Positions 1 through 8,345 are shown, counted from the first letter of the stretch. The stretch is 50,767 nt of DNA from Thermodesulfobacteriota bacterium (GCA_035319625.1 DATHCH010000182.1:1-50767); one strand, 5' to 3'. Notes: generated by a model not told the origin, from the letters alone. Translations and numbers: made by a program.

Positions 1-297
1 CTTTGTTTGGTCTGTCAACCACACCGGGGCACGCCTATGTAATTGCATCAACTCATAGCATATAAAGTTTCGATTACTGCCATTGATGTGCTGTTTTGAG
101 ACAGCCCAAAATATTTGGATTTGATTTTCATATATCTACCCTGCCTGATGATTTCCACCGGAAATCTTCGATTCCTGTAGCATGTCTCGACTGAAGATAA
201 GTAGGTGTACTTGTTAGCCAAGAGATAATATGAGAGTGTCTGTGTCGGATTAAGTATTTTTCAGGACAGCGTGAACTCTGAGCTAAACAACTCAGAA

Positions 298-762
298 CTA
301 ATGGTAGGGGTACTTACCGTATTCGATGACTACTTGATCGACGCCTGCCAACTCCTCCAGCTCCACATTGGCAGAGTCCTGTCTCGATATCTTCTCTAAG
401 GTCTTCCCGGTATAGTCAGCGCAGATGGGCAATTCTCTATGGCCCCGGTCGATCAATGCGGCAAACTCGACCCGGCGAGGTCTACCCAAGTCCAACAGAG
501 CATCGAGGGCAGCCCGGATCGTTCTCCCTGTGAAGAAGGCGTCATCAACCAAAAGGACATGCTTATCTTCGATTGGAAAATGAATCTCGGTCTTCTTGAC
601 TTCAGGCGTTTGACTCAGCCTGGTCCAATCACCGCGGTAGAGTGTGATATCAATAATTCCTGTGGGAAGACTGATCCCTCTCTCTTGAAGAATCTTCTGT
701 TTCAACCGCTCCGCCAGAAAAACCCCTCCTGTCCGGATTCCAACCAGGACCATCTCGTTCAA
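298..762 (-). CDS. pyrR: PyrR, bifunctional pyrimidine regulatory protein / uracil phosphoribosyltransferase (true N-terminus probably upstream of the listed start)
   Basis: The translation has the PRPP-binding loop VLLVDDAFFTGRT and the PyrR-type segment DRGHRELPICADYTG. The listed start is a TTG. The frame stays open up to the stop at 910-912, and the upstream residues SKQIVLGENDIEGALDQICKQLL resemble a PyrR N-terminus. That stretch has no ATG/GTG/TTG; CTG 868-870 and ATT 859-861 are the only candidates. Confidence 0.85.
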   Translation of the reverse strand: MNEMVLVGIRTGGVFLAERLKQKILQERGISLPTGIIDITLYRGDWTRLSQTPEVKKTEIHFPIEDKHVLLVDDAFFTGRTIRAALDALLDLGRPRRVEFAALIDRGHRELPICADYTGKTLEKISRQDSANVELEELAGVDQVVIEYGKYPYH

Positions 763-915
763 TTGAGGATGTCTGCTGAGTAATTGTTTGCATATTTGAT
801 CAAGAGCCCCCTCGATATCGTTTTCTCCCAGGACGATCTGTTTTGAAACCGTCTCTAAAATTCCCCTCAGCCCCTTCCTTTCCCCTCGAGGGGGGACGAA
901 GGTGGGGTGTCAGAA

Positions 916-2223
916 TCATAAAAATTTCTTTGTTTTGGGTCGGCGAACCCACCACAATCCAAAGCCAACGACGATAACAAGCCCACAAAGGATCCCAACC
1001 AAAATTGGCCAAGGAGGAATTAAGCTCTTCTCCACATCCGAAGATGCAAGGAGATTGACTTCTTTGGCCACCTTGCCTTCGTTTTCGACAAAAACTTTTG
1101 CTAATACCTGCCCTTTTTGAATGGGAGCCACGACAAACTGCGGTAATTGAGGAGCGGCAGAGACCGAATTTTCCTTGCCCTTCCCCACCGTCACCAATCC
1201 CCCCTCTGCAGCGACGAGGGCGACCTGATTCAACTTTCCTCTTCTCACCTTTACAGGACCGAAGGTCGCACCCTTCTTAACAACTTCTAGTGTGGAAAAA
1301 TTCTTAAAGCCATATTCCAACAATTTCTGGGCCTCGGGTCCTCTTTTCCTCATCTTGTCGCAACCCATCACCACAGCAATCATCCTCTGTCCGTCCCTCT
1401 TGGCTGTGGCCGCCAGATGATAACCCGCTTCCTCAACATGCCCTGTTTTTAACCCATCCACCCCGATATTTTTCTGAAGCAGGGTATTTCGGTTTTCCTG
1501 ATGAATACCGTTGTATTCGAATTCGACCGTGGAATGGTAGACGAGCGCCTCCGGATGGTCCTCTATATACCGTTTCGCCAATGTGGCCATATCCATGGCT
1601 GTCGTGTATTGGCCCTCTGCCGGCATCCCGTCAGAGTTCCTGAACTGAGAATCCTTTAGTCCCAGGAGCTTGGCCTTTCCATTCATCTTCGAGACGAATG
1701 CCTCTTCTGATCCCGACAGGTGTTCTGCCAGGGCGACGCACGCATCATTTCCTGAAGCGATGGCGACCCCCTTCAATAGATCCTCAACCTTGACCCGTTC
1801 TCCGACCTTGAGAAACATCGATGAGCTATTGCTTTTATACGTTCTTTTCCAGGCCTTTTCACTCACTGTCACCATATCGTCCATCTTTATTTGGCCTGCG
1901 CGAATGGCATCCAGAACCACATAGAGCGTCATGACTTTGACGAAACTGGCAGGGGGAATTCTCAAATCTGGTTTCTGCTCGTAAAGAACCTGACCTGTGA
2001 CGCCGTCCATTAACACGGCGGACTGAGCATCACATTGAAGACCTCCCGAGGTTGTCTGGTTGGCCTGGAGCTTTTCGGCCTTTTCGTGAGTTTTTGCCCT
2101 TTGTGAGGCTTTGTGGGCCTTTGAGGTTGTGTTCGTCTTGGAAAGCACTTGATTCGGGTACGCAAGGGCGAAGATAATCAAAAAGACAATGGCCATCCAA
2201 CCATTTTTGTGAAAACGAATCAT
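916..2223 (-). CDS. Serine-type D-Ala-D-Ala carboxypeptidase (low-molecular-weight PBP, PBP5/6 class) with C-terminal membrane anchor
   Basis: 435-aa ORF with the three PBP motifs SxxK (SFVK), SxN (SGND) and KTG (LKTGHV). It has a hydrophobic N-terminal signal segment and a C-terminal helix PWPILVGILCGLVIVVGFGLWWV. Confidence 0.85.
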   Translation of the reverse strand: MIRFHKNGWMAIVFLIIFALAYPNQVLSKTNTTSKAHKASQRAKTHEKAEKLQANQTTSGGLQCDAQSAVLMDGVTGQVLYEQKPDLRIPPASFVKVMTLYVVLDAIRAGQIKMDDMVTVSEKAWKRTYKSNSSSMFLKVGERVKVEDLLKGVAIASGNDACVALAEHLSGSEEAFVSKMNGKAKLLGLKDSQFRNSDGMPAEGQYTTAMDMATLAKRYIEDHPEALVYHSTVEFEYNGIHQENRNTLLQKNIGVDGLKTGHVEEAGYHLAATAKRDGQRMIAVVMGCDKMRKRGPEAQKLLEYGFKNFSTLEVVKKGATFGPVKVRRGKLNQVALVAAEGGLVTVGKGKENSVSAAPQLPQFVVAPIQKGQVLAKVFVENEGKVAKEVNLLASSDVEKSLIPPWPILVGILCGLVIVVGFGLWWVRRPKTKKFL

Positions 2224-2369
2224 CTTTTCTCTCCTCCGGATTTACTCAGCTGATGCATAAAATGCTTTAAAAGGCTGTTGGGTGTGCTGAAAAATCTTCA
2301 TCCAAGAATTATGGTAAGAGGTTTTATTTCTAACAGATTCAATTCCAATTTTCAATGGAAACACCTCCA

Positions 2370-2435
2370 CTTCCCCTCGCCCCCAAGGGGAGAGGGGAAG
2401 TCGCCGACGCGCCATAGCGCTTTGGCGACGGCGCG
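2370..2435. other. GC-rich nested hairpin / pseudoknot-capable element in a divergent intergenic region
   Basis: CTTCCCCTC (2370-2378) pairs with GAGGGGAAG (2392-2400) around an inner CCCC/GGGG stem. Directly after it, GTCGCC (2400-2405)/GGCGAC (2424-2429) and CGCGCC (2408-2413)/GGCGCG (2430-2435) form interleaved helices. Function unknown. Confidence 0.4.
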
Positions 2436-2524
2436 GTGAGGGGGCCATTTCATGCCGGTTACGGAAAAAGAGAACCTTACATTTTCGACCTATGTATTGA
2501 AACAATCCGCCGTCTTGGTTAAAT

Positions 2525-2552
2525 TTGAATGTTGATAAATACTTTATATAAA
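2525..2552 (+). promoter_or_regulatory. Candidate sigma70-type promoter of the dehydratase gene pair (near-leaderless)
   Basis: TTGAAT (2525-2530), 16-nt spacer, TATAAA (2547-2552). The ATG at 2564 lies 11 nt past the -10 box and has no Shine-Dalgarno sequence. Confidence 0.35.
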
Positions 2553-2563
2553 CTCTAAACATT

Positions 2564-3703
2564 ATGAATAAACAAACTTCTCTTTCAAAAGTCCTAAAAG
2601 AATTCGAGACGATCACTTCAAGGGGATATCGAGAAATCGCCTCTTCTCTCCCCAATGACAAGGTTCCGATCGGGTTCTTCTGTCCCCACGTTCCCGAGGA
2701 ACTCCTCCATGCAGCGGGTGCTCTTCCCTTTCGTCTCATGGGCACGCCCATCAAGATGTCCCATGTCCAGGCACATCTCCCTCCCAACTGCTGCCATCTG
2801 GTCAAATCTTCCCTTGAAAGTTTACTCCAGGGGGAGCTCGATTTCCTGAAGGGGATTGTTTTCAGTCATACCTGTGACACCATGCAGGGGCTTGCTGAAA
2901 TCTGGACTCTCCAGAGACGCATTCCTCTTCAATTCAATTTGATGATACCCTCGCATATTGAATCCGGGCTTTCTCGACCTTACTTAAAAGCGGAGTTAGA
3001 ACGATTTAAGGATTTTCTGGAATCCAATGTGGGGAAAATCACTCCCCAGAACCTCAAGGCCTCTATCCAGCTTTTCAATCGCATAAGGCAAAACCTTCAA
3101 GAGATTTATGGCCGCAGGCCTAAATCGAACAGTCAAATTTCTGGAGCGGACTTTGCCCGGATCATTCGAGCAGCCTATCTGATGGATCGTCAGCGATACC
3201 TCGAGCTCTTGAGCGAATTACTGGATGGGTTATCTGGAAAAACGGAAGAGAGTGAAAATCGAGTTCCTGTTTATCTCGCGGGAAATATGGTCCATTCCGA
3301 TTCCTATTTCTCTTTAATTGAAGAGGCCGGTGCCATCGTCGTACAGGACGATCTTTGCAGCGGAACGCGATTTCTCCGTCTGATGGTCCCGGAGGATAGC
3401 GATCCGATCGACGGCCTAACCAGTCGGTACTTTACCTCCTTTCTGTGCCCCACCCAGCATAGAGGGGCTCATGCCCACATCGAGACTCTTTTAAGGGAGG
3501 TTGAAAAATCCGGGGCGAAAGGCGTCATCTTCCTCCTTTACAAATACTGTGAAAGCCATTTTTTTGACTATCCGGATTTAAAGCAGCCCCTCGAATCGAA
3601 AGGGATTCCGACACTTCTTCTCGAAGTAGAAGATCCATCCTATTCCGTTGGCCAGCTTAAGATTCGGGTCCAGGCCTTTGTGGAGATGCTGAGTCCTTTG
3701 TAA
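2564..3703 (+). CDS. 2-hydroxyacyl-CoA dehydratase / benzoyl-CoA reductase BcrC-BadD-HgdB family subunit
   Basis: 379-aa ORF. The N-terminal CPHVPEELLHAAGALPF segment and the length match the HgdB/BcrC-type family as I remember it, and a second family member follows. Confidence 0.7.
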   Translation: MNKQTSLSKVLKEFETITSRGYREIASSLPNDKVPIGFFCPHVPEELLHAAGALPFRLMGTPIKMSHVQAHLPPNCCHLVKSSLESLLQGELDFLKGIVFSHTCDTMQGLAEIWTLQRRIPLQFNLMIPSHIESGLSRPYLKAELERFKDFLESNVGKITPQNLKASIQLFNRIRQNLQEIYGRRPKSNSQISGADFARIIRAAYLMDRQRYLELLSELLDGLSGKTEESENRVPVYLAGNMVHSDSYFSLIEEAGAIVVQDDLCSGTRFLRLMVPEDSDPIDGLTSRYFTSFLCPTQHRGAHAHIETLLREVEKSGAKGVIFLLYKYCESHFFDYPDLKQPLESKGIPTLLLEVEDPSYSVGQLKIRVQAFVEMLSPL

Positions 3704-3840
3704 AATACAATGTTAAATGCCAAATTCCAAATGAAACTAAAATGTCAAATGTTCAAAAGAACAATTCTTAAAATATGAAATTGGACATTGATTTGACATT
3801 CGGATTTTGGCATTTGAACTTTAAACTCCAAACTTCGGGC
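3704..3840. repeat. AT-word inverted repeat, family W1 (CAAATGTCAAA / TTTGACATTTG words)
   Basis: The A-rich arm (AATGTTAAATGCCAAATTCCAAATGAAACTAAAATGTCAAATGTTCAAAAG) faces the T-rich arm (TTGGACATTGATTTGACATTCGGATTTTGGCATTTGAAC). Positions 3792-3819 match 16712-16739 at 27 of 28 nt. Confidence 0.8.
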
Positions 3841-3848
3841 GGAGACGT

Positions 3849-5099
3849 ATGGAGAATCAACGCCTAAATAACCCCTATCGTCCCATTAATTCTACTTCGG
3901 CCTACCGGCGTCTGATGATGGCTTATTACTTTATGCTGAAGCATCCGAGTTGGTTTGGCAAAAAGGTCGCATGGATTACGAGCGGAGGGCCGGTGGAACC
4001 CCTCTATGCCATGGGAGTCCTCCCATTTTATCCGGAGAATTACGGGGCGATGTGCGGAACTTTTCGGATGTCGCCTTCCCTCTGTGAGGCTGCCGAGCAT
4101 AAAGGCTACTCACACGACCTCTGCTCCTACGCCCTCACGGATATCGGATCTCCTTTGGCAAAGAAAGGTCCTTTGGGCAGGCTCCCAAAGCCGGACTTTT
4201 TGGTCTGTGGAAACAATATCTGCGGTACGGTCATCAAATGGTACGAGATTCAGGCCCGAGCCTTGAATGTCCCCCTCTTTTTCTTTGATACTCCTTTTAT
4301 CCACGATGAGATGGAAAACCATACTCTGGAATACGTTCAGAATCAGATGGAGGAATATATCTCCTTTCTCGAAAAACAACTGCACCGTCCATTTTCGGAG
4401 AAACGCTTTCAGCAGGTCTGCTCCCATTCTTTCGAAGCCATCGCTTTGTGGAAAGAGATTCTTGAGATGGCACGTCACCATCCAGCCCCTCTGGCTGCCT
4501 TTGACGCTTTTATCCACATGGCCCCTATTGTCACCTTGAGGGGAACGCACTGGGCAGTCCGTTATTATAGAAGGCTTAAGAGAGAAATGGAGAAAAGGGT
4601 CAAAAAGGGAGTCGGGGCATTTGCCCGCGAGGAGATCCGGCTCATCTGGGATAACATTCCCATCTGGTACGATATTCGAAACCTTTCAACGATGCTCTCC
4701 TCCCAGGGAGCAGTGTTGGTCGCGGACACCTACACGTCGGCCTGGACGCTGAATGAACTTGATATAGGCCAATCCCTGCTGAACGGTTTGGCCAAGGCTT
4801 ACGCCACCATCCATCTCAACCGCGGCTTGGAGTATAAGATACAGAAGATGGCTAACCTGATCGAGACGTACGGAGCCGATGGATTTATCATGCACTCCAA
4901 TCGAAGCTGCAAACCGTACTCTTTGGGGCAGTTAGATCTCAAACGGGAAGTAACCAGGTTAACCGGAAAACCGGGACTACTCATCGAGGCGGATCACACT
5001 GATTCTCGAAGCTATGCACCCAAGCAGGTCAAAAAGCAGATTCAAATATTTTTGGACGTGGTTAGAACGAAGAGCTGCGAAACAGGGCAATCTTACTAA
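3849..5099 (+). CDS. 2-hydroxyacyl-CoA dehydratase / benzoyl-CoA reductase B-C type subunit (HgdA/BcrB-like)
   Basis: 416-aa ORF. AWITSGGPVEPLYAMGVLPFYPENYGA and the C-terminal FIMHSNRSCKPYS are typical of the 2-hydroxyglutaryl-CoA dehydratase D-component family. Confidence 0.7.
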   Translation: MENQRLNNPYRPINSTSAYRRLMMAYYFMLKHPSWFGKKVAWITSGGPVEPLYAMGVLPFYPENYGAMCGTFRMSPSLCEAAEHKGYSHDLCSYALTDIGSPLAKKGPLGRLPKPDFLVCGNNICGTVIKWYEIQARALNVPLFFFDTPFIHDEMENHTLEYVQNQMEEYISFLEKQLHRPFSEKRFQQVCSHSFEAIALWKEILEMARHHPAPLAAFDAFIHMAPIVTLRGTHWAVRYYRRLKREMEKRVKKGVGAFAREEIRLIWDNIPIWYDIRNLSTMLSSQGAVLVADTYTSAWTLNELDIGQSLLNGLAKAYATIHLNRGLEYKIQKMANLIETYGADGFIMHSNRSCKPYSLGQLDLKREVTRLTGKPGLLIEADHTDSRSYAPKQVKKQIQIFLDVVRTKSCETGQSY

Positions 5100-5179
5100 G
5101 GAGCCCATATTTGAGAAGACACATTGTTGCAAAAATCTCCCCTAACCCCTCTTTGCCAAGGAGGAGGAATTCCTCCCTT

Positions 5180-6241
5180 TTATTTCCGTTCTTTTCCCAA
5201 TCCAAATTGAGACAAGGCATTCCAGGCGGGGCGAGGGTCACCTTTTGCGTCGGCTAACCCCATCGAACCAAAGTAAGGTTCTTTCCTGTCACGAAGAAGT
5301 AACCAGTAAACCCTTTCGACACCCAATTCAAACGCCTGCTGGTACGCCTCCGTAAGCCATTTGGCTTGTTTTTCAGGAGACCCATTATCTATACGACCGC
5401 CGGCGTCTGCGGGAAGGCTCACAAATCCCGTTTCGGTGATCCATACTGGGTAGTCCCCCACTCCTGATTTTTTCATTAAATCGTGAATATGTTCTAAATA
5501 ACTGCGAAACGTAAAGCCGTTTGCAACGATTTCACTCGGAAAATAGTAATCGTGGACACTCACCGCATCAAATTGCTCAGTAGAAAGTATCGCTTGTAGC
5601 CAACGGTCGTGCCATCTCCAAGCATTCTGGGCTTCCGACCCCAATTGAAGATTACGAATAATGCCGCACCCCATGGCCGATGGAAGCACTTTTGCTTTCG
5701 GGTCAGCCTTCTTAATCGCCTCATAACCAGCCTTCAACAGCTTTAAATACTCTTCCTGGGTCCCCTTCCAGGAAGCTGTCTTGTTCACCTCGCTTTCGAT
5801 TTCGTAATTGACTCCTTGCCCTTGGTAGCGATTGGCAAGGATTTCCACAAAATGAACCCATTCTTTCATATCCATCGAAGGAGGGTTAATCTGGATAGAA
5901 CCCCTTCGATTAGGCTTTGCGAGCCCAAATTTTTTTGGCTTCTCTTGAAAAGTCGTGCGTACGGTGAACAGGACATCGATCTGTTTTGCTTGAGCCGCTT
6001 TTAATAAACGATCAACATCACTCCAGTCATATTCGCCCGGGCGTATTTTTATAAATTGCCACTGTAAAGGAACGCGAATTGCACCGACGCCAAATTCGCT
6101 TAGATACTTCAACTCCTCTTCATAGGCATGCAGCGTTATATTCAAACCTAAACGCCTTGCCTCTTGGGCCAGAGCATCGAAAACCAAAATAGACGATAAC
6201 AGCATCAGGCCGGTGAGCAATGCGCCTGTTTTCACCCTCAT
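5180..6241 (-). CDS. Secreted clan GH-A (TIM-barrel) glycoside hydrolase, family not resolved
   Basis: There is a signal peptide (MRVKTGALLTGLMLLSSILVFDALAQE). NYEIESEVN sits where the acid/base NEP-type motif is expected, and VWITETGF looks like a nucleophile ITE motif. Confidence 0.55.
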   Translation of the reverse strand: MRVKTGALLTGLMLLSSILVFDALAQEARRLGLNITLHAYEEELKYLSEFGVGAIRVPLQWQFIKIRPGEYDWSDVDRLLKAAQAKQIDVLFTVRTTFQEKPKKFGLAKPNRRGSIQINPPSMDMKEWVHFVEILANRYQGQGVNYEIESEVNKTASWKGTQEEYLKLLKAGYEAIKKADPKAKVLPSAMGCGIIRNLQLGSEAQNAWRWHDRWLQAILSTEQFDAVSVHDYYFPSEIVANGFTFRSYLEHIHDLMKKSGVGDYPVWITETGFVSLPADAGGRIDNGSPEKQAKWLTEAYQQAFELGVERVYWLLLRDRKEPYFGSMGLADAKGDPRPAWNALSQFGLGKERK

Positions 6242-6278
6242 GACTTACTTCTCCTCTCAACCATACCCGTCGTCAGGA

Positions 6279-6913
6279 TTAGTAAACAAATTCCATCACC
6301 TCTTCCACAGGCTTTCTATCCCTGCGCGGCGACTCAGCAGGATATCCTACAGCGACGAGGCAGATCAGGTTCATATCCGATGGAACTTTTAAAATGGCTT
6401 CAATCTCTTTTTTTGCCTGAATAGGGGATACCAGCCAGACAGCACCCAGCCCCATGCCATGAAACACCAGAAGCATCGTTGTTATGGCAGCGGTTACACT
6501 CTGGATCGCCGTAGGCGCCGATCTTCGAAACTCCAGGATCTCCCTGGCTTCAGGGTCGAAGGATTCTCGAGCAAGCAGTACCCTATCCATCGGACTCTGA
6601 TACTCGCTGGCAAAAACTCCGATGCAGGCTGGGCATTTCTGAAGAAGGAAGCATTCTTTTGATACCGTTTCACATCTTCCTGCCATGACATCGCCTCCGG
6701 CCATGAAGCGATTCGATCTGCCACAGACTGGACGGCATTTGCCAATTTCTCAACTGTCTCTTTACTCCTCACTATGACGAAACGCCATCCTTGATAGTTC
6801 CCTCCGTTGGGAGCCCAGGTTGCCGGCTCCACCGCCTTTTTCAGCAGCTCGTCCGGAACTTCGTCCTTTTTCCGTTGCCTGATCGAGCGCCTCCCCCGAA
6901 TCAATCTTTCCAA
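6279..6913 (-). pseudogene. Nitroreductase-family gene interrupted by a 1-nt frameshift
   Basis: ORF 6494-6913 encodes a nitroreductase N-terminal half (RRSIRQ..., WAPNGGNYQGWRFVIV, FFRNA). ORF 6279-6704, in another frame, encodes the C-terminal half (PACIGVFA..., GLGAVW, VAVGYPAE). The frames join at the C-run 6631-6633, where one extra C would give a continuous product of about 211 aa. Confidence 0.75.
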
Positions 6914-7009
6914 GTCCTCAATGTCCGTTGATCTTCCCTTTCTGGACGGGTACCCTTCAGCCCGCGCTCCTCTCCTGTTTCGTAATAGGGATAGGTGCCA
7001 GAAATTCTA

Positions 7010-7179
7010 AAAAACGGGACAGACAGACGCGTGAGAAAGCTTTAGAGCGCAACCTTTGAACTATGACAATCGGGGCTTCAAGGCCATAAAAGAACCGACT
7101 TTCTTCTAAGGAGAACAATAACCTCTAACCTAAACGTGCGCATTCCAAAGCTTTGCAACCCGGCTGTTTGTCCCGTTTT
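7010..7179. repeat. 170-nt element bounded by 17-nt terminal inverted repeats
   Basis: AAAAACGGGACAGACAG (7010-7026) matches the reverse complement of CTGTTTGTCCCGTTTTT (7163-7179) at 16 of 17 nt. The interior has direct repeats of AAAGCTTT..GCAACC. Confidence 0.65.
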
Positions 7180-7231
7180 TGCCTACTTCCATTCGACTGC
7201 GACACAGCCCCTAATGGGAAGGGCGGCCGAT

Positions 7232-8239
7232 TCAAAATCTCCGAGCGTAGTGATGGGCGAGGCCAAAATATTTCTGAGCCCTTTTCAGGGCCTCTGCCTT
7301 CTGCCTTTCTGGCATATTGGGATCGTCAAGCCGGAAACTCTCCACCTTCCCGCGGACATAGGCCCGATAGCACTTGTAGAAATCCAGCACTTCCATTAAT
7401 TCGTGGTCTCCGGACTCCCCGATAAAAGCACGGATGAGATGCTCGCTGAGGTCCTGCCTGTCGTGATAGTCGAGATCCATGGCCAGAAAAGCGATGTCCG
7501 CCGCCACGTCCGTATACCGGAACCGTTCATTAAATTCGATACAATCGAATATCGAGATCCCATCTCTCCAGAAGATATGCTCCAGTCGCAGATCACCGTG
7601 ACAGTCTCGAATTCGATCCGAGGCGATCCTCTGATGGAATACTTCCTTTTTCGCTTCGAAGAATTCGTTCGTCCTTCCCTTCACCTCTTCATAAACTTCT
7701 CTCGGAATCGTGAGGGCAATGTATTTCTCCGTCTGGTCGAAGTTCTCGTCCGTATCCTGTTTCACCCTTTCCGGTTCCGCAAAGCTCTCAATCAGATCGT
7801 TGGTCTCTGCGGTGAAATAGAATTTCGCCAATTTCTCAGAGACGGCCTCAATCATTTTGGGGGTGACTTGCTTTCTCTCTAGTAATTTATCCATCAAAAA
7901 TTCTTCGGGGATCTGTTTCATTTTAACGGCGCACTCCACCCACTCTCCTTTTCCGTCCAATGAGATCCGGTTTCCCTCTCGGGTAATCCTCACGACACCC
8001 AGATAAATATCCGGAGACAGCCTTCGATTCAGCCTGACTTCTTCCTCGCAAAATACTTTTCTTTTTTCGAGAGAGGTAAAATCCAGGAAGCCGAAATCCA
8101 CCGGTTTTTTCACCTTGTAGACATGGCTTCCTGTCAGGAAAAGCAGGGAGATATGGGTCTCGATAAATTTCACGGATCGAGGGTGATCGGGATAAATCTT
8201 GGGATCCAGGAGTGCTCTTTGGAGGGACGGGATATCCAT
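7232..8239 (-). CDS. Aminoglycoside-phosphotransferase-fold (APH/choline-kinase family) kinase
   Basis: The catalytic loop is CHGDLRLEHIFW (HGDxxxxN-type) and DVAADIAFL is a DFG-like region. I prefer the ATG at 8239 (MDIPSLQ...), because the listed start at 8281 lies inside a W1 repeat arm. Confidence 0.65.
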   Translation of the reverse strand: MDIPSLQRALLDPKIYPDHPRSVKFIETHISLLFLTGSHVYKVKKPVDFGFLDFTSLEKRKVFCEEEVRLNRRLSPDIYLGVVRITREGNRISLDGKGEWVECAVKMKQIPEEFLMDKLLERKQVTPKMIEAVSEKLAKFYFTAETNDLIESFAEPERVKQDTDENFDQTEKYIALTIPREVYEEVKGRTNEFFEAKKEVFHQRIASDRIRDCHGDLRLEHIFWRDGISIFDCIEFNERFRYTDVAADIAFLAMDLDYHDRQDLSEHLIRAFIGESGDHELMEVLDFYKCYRAYVRGKVESFRLDDPNMPERQKAEALKRAQKYFGLAHHYARRF

Positions 8240-8263
8240 AAACACATCCTTCAATGTTGAATA

Positions 8264-8290
8264 CCAAAGTTCAAATGTCAAATGAAATCC
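8264..8290. repeat. Solitary W1 arm
   Basis: CCAAAGTTCAAATGTCAAATGAAATCC sits directly upstream of the 8239 start codon. No partner arm is seen. Confidence 0.5.
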
Positions 8291-8345
8291 TAAACTCTGA
8301 TGTCACCCCCCACCCCCTGAAATTCTGAAAAAACTCGGCCAGGAG

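Noticed and set aside
1-297. Possible gene fragments at the left edge
   Set aside because: A plus-frame stop at 40-42 and a minus-frame start at 46-51 would each leave fewer than 17 codons in the window, so nothing can be supported. The region is AT-rich and appears non-coding. Only a weak hairpin (TCTGAG...CTCAGA, 276-295) follows the pyrR stop.
763-915. A PyrR-binding anti-antiterminator hairpin upstream of pyrR
   Set aside because: I looked for the conserved ARUCCAGAGAGGYU loop and did not find it. The hairpin at 873-902 has a different sequence, and no pyrimidine biosynthesis genes are adjacent.
2242-2805. A 187-aa minus-strand ORF spanning the intergenic region and the 5' end of the dehydratase gene
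   Set aside because: It overlaps a well-supported plus-strand gene and runs through the GC hairpins. It has no motif and no RBS.
5158-5186. A GGAGGAATTCCTCC palindrome followed by a T-run between the convergent genes, as a possible bidirectional terminator
   Set aside because: Only about 5 bp can pair once a loop is allowed, and the T-run overlaps the stop codon of the minus-strand gene. This is too weak to list as a feature.
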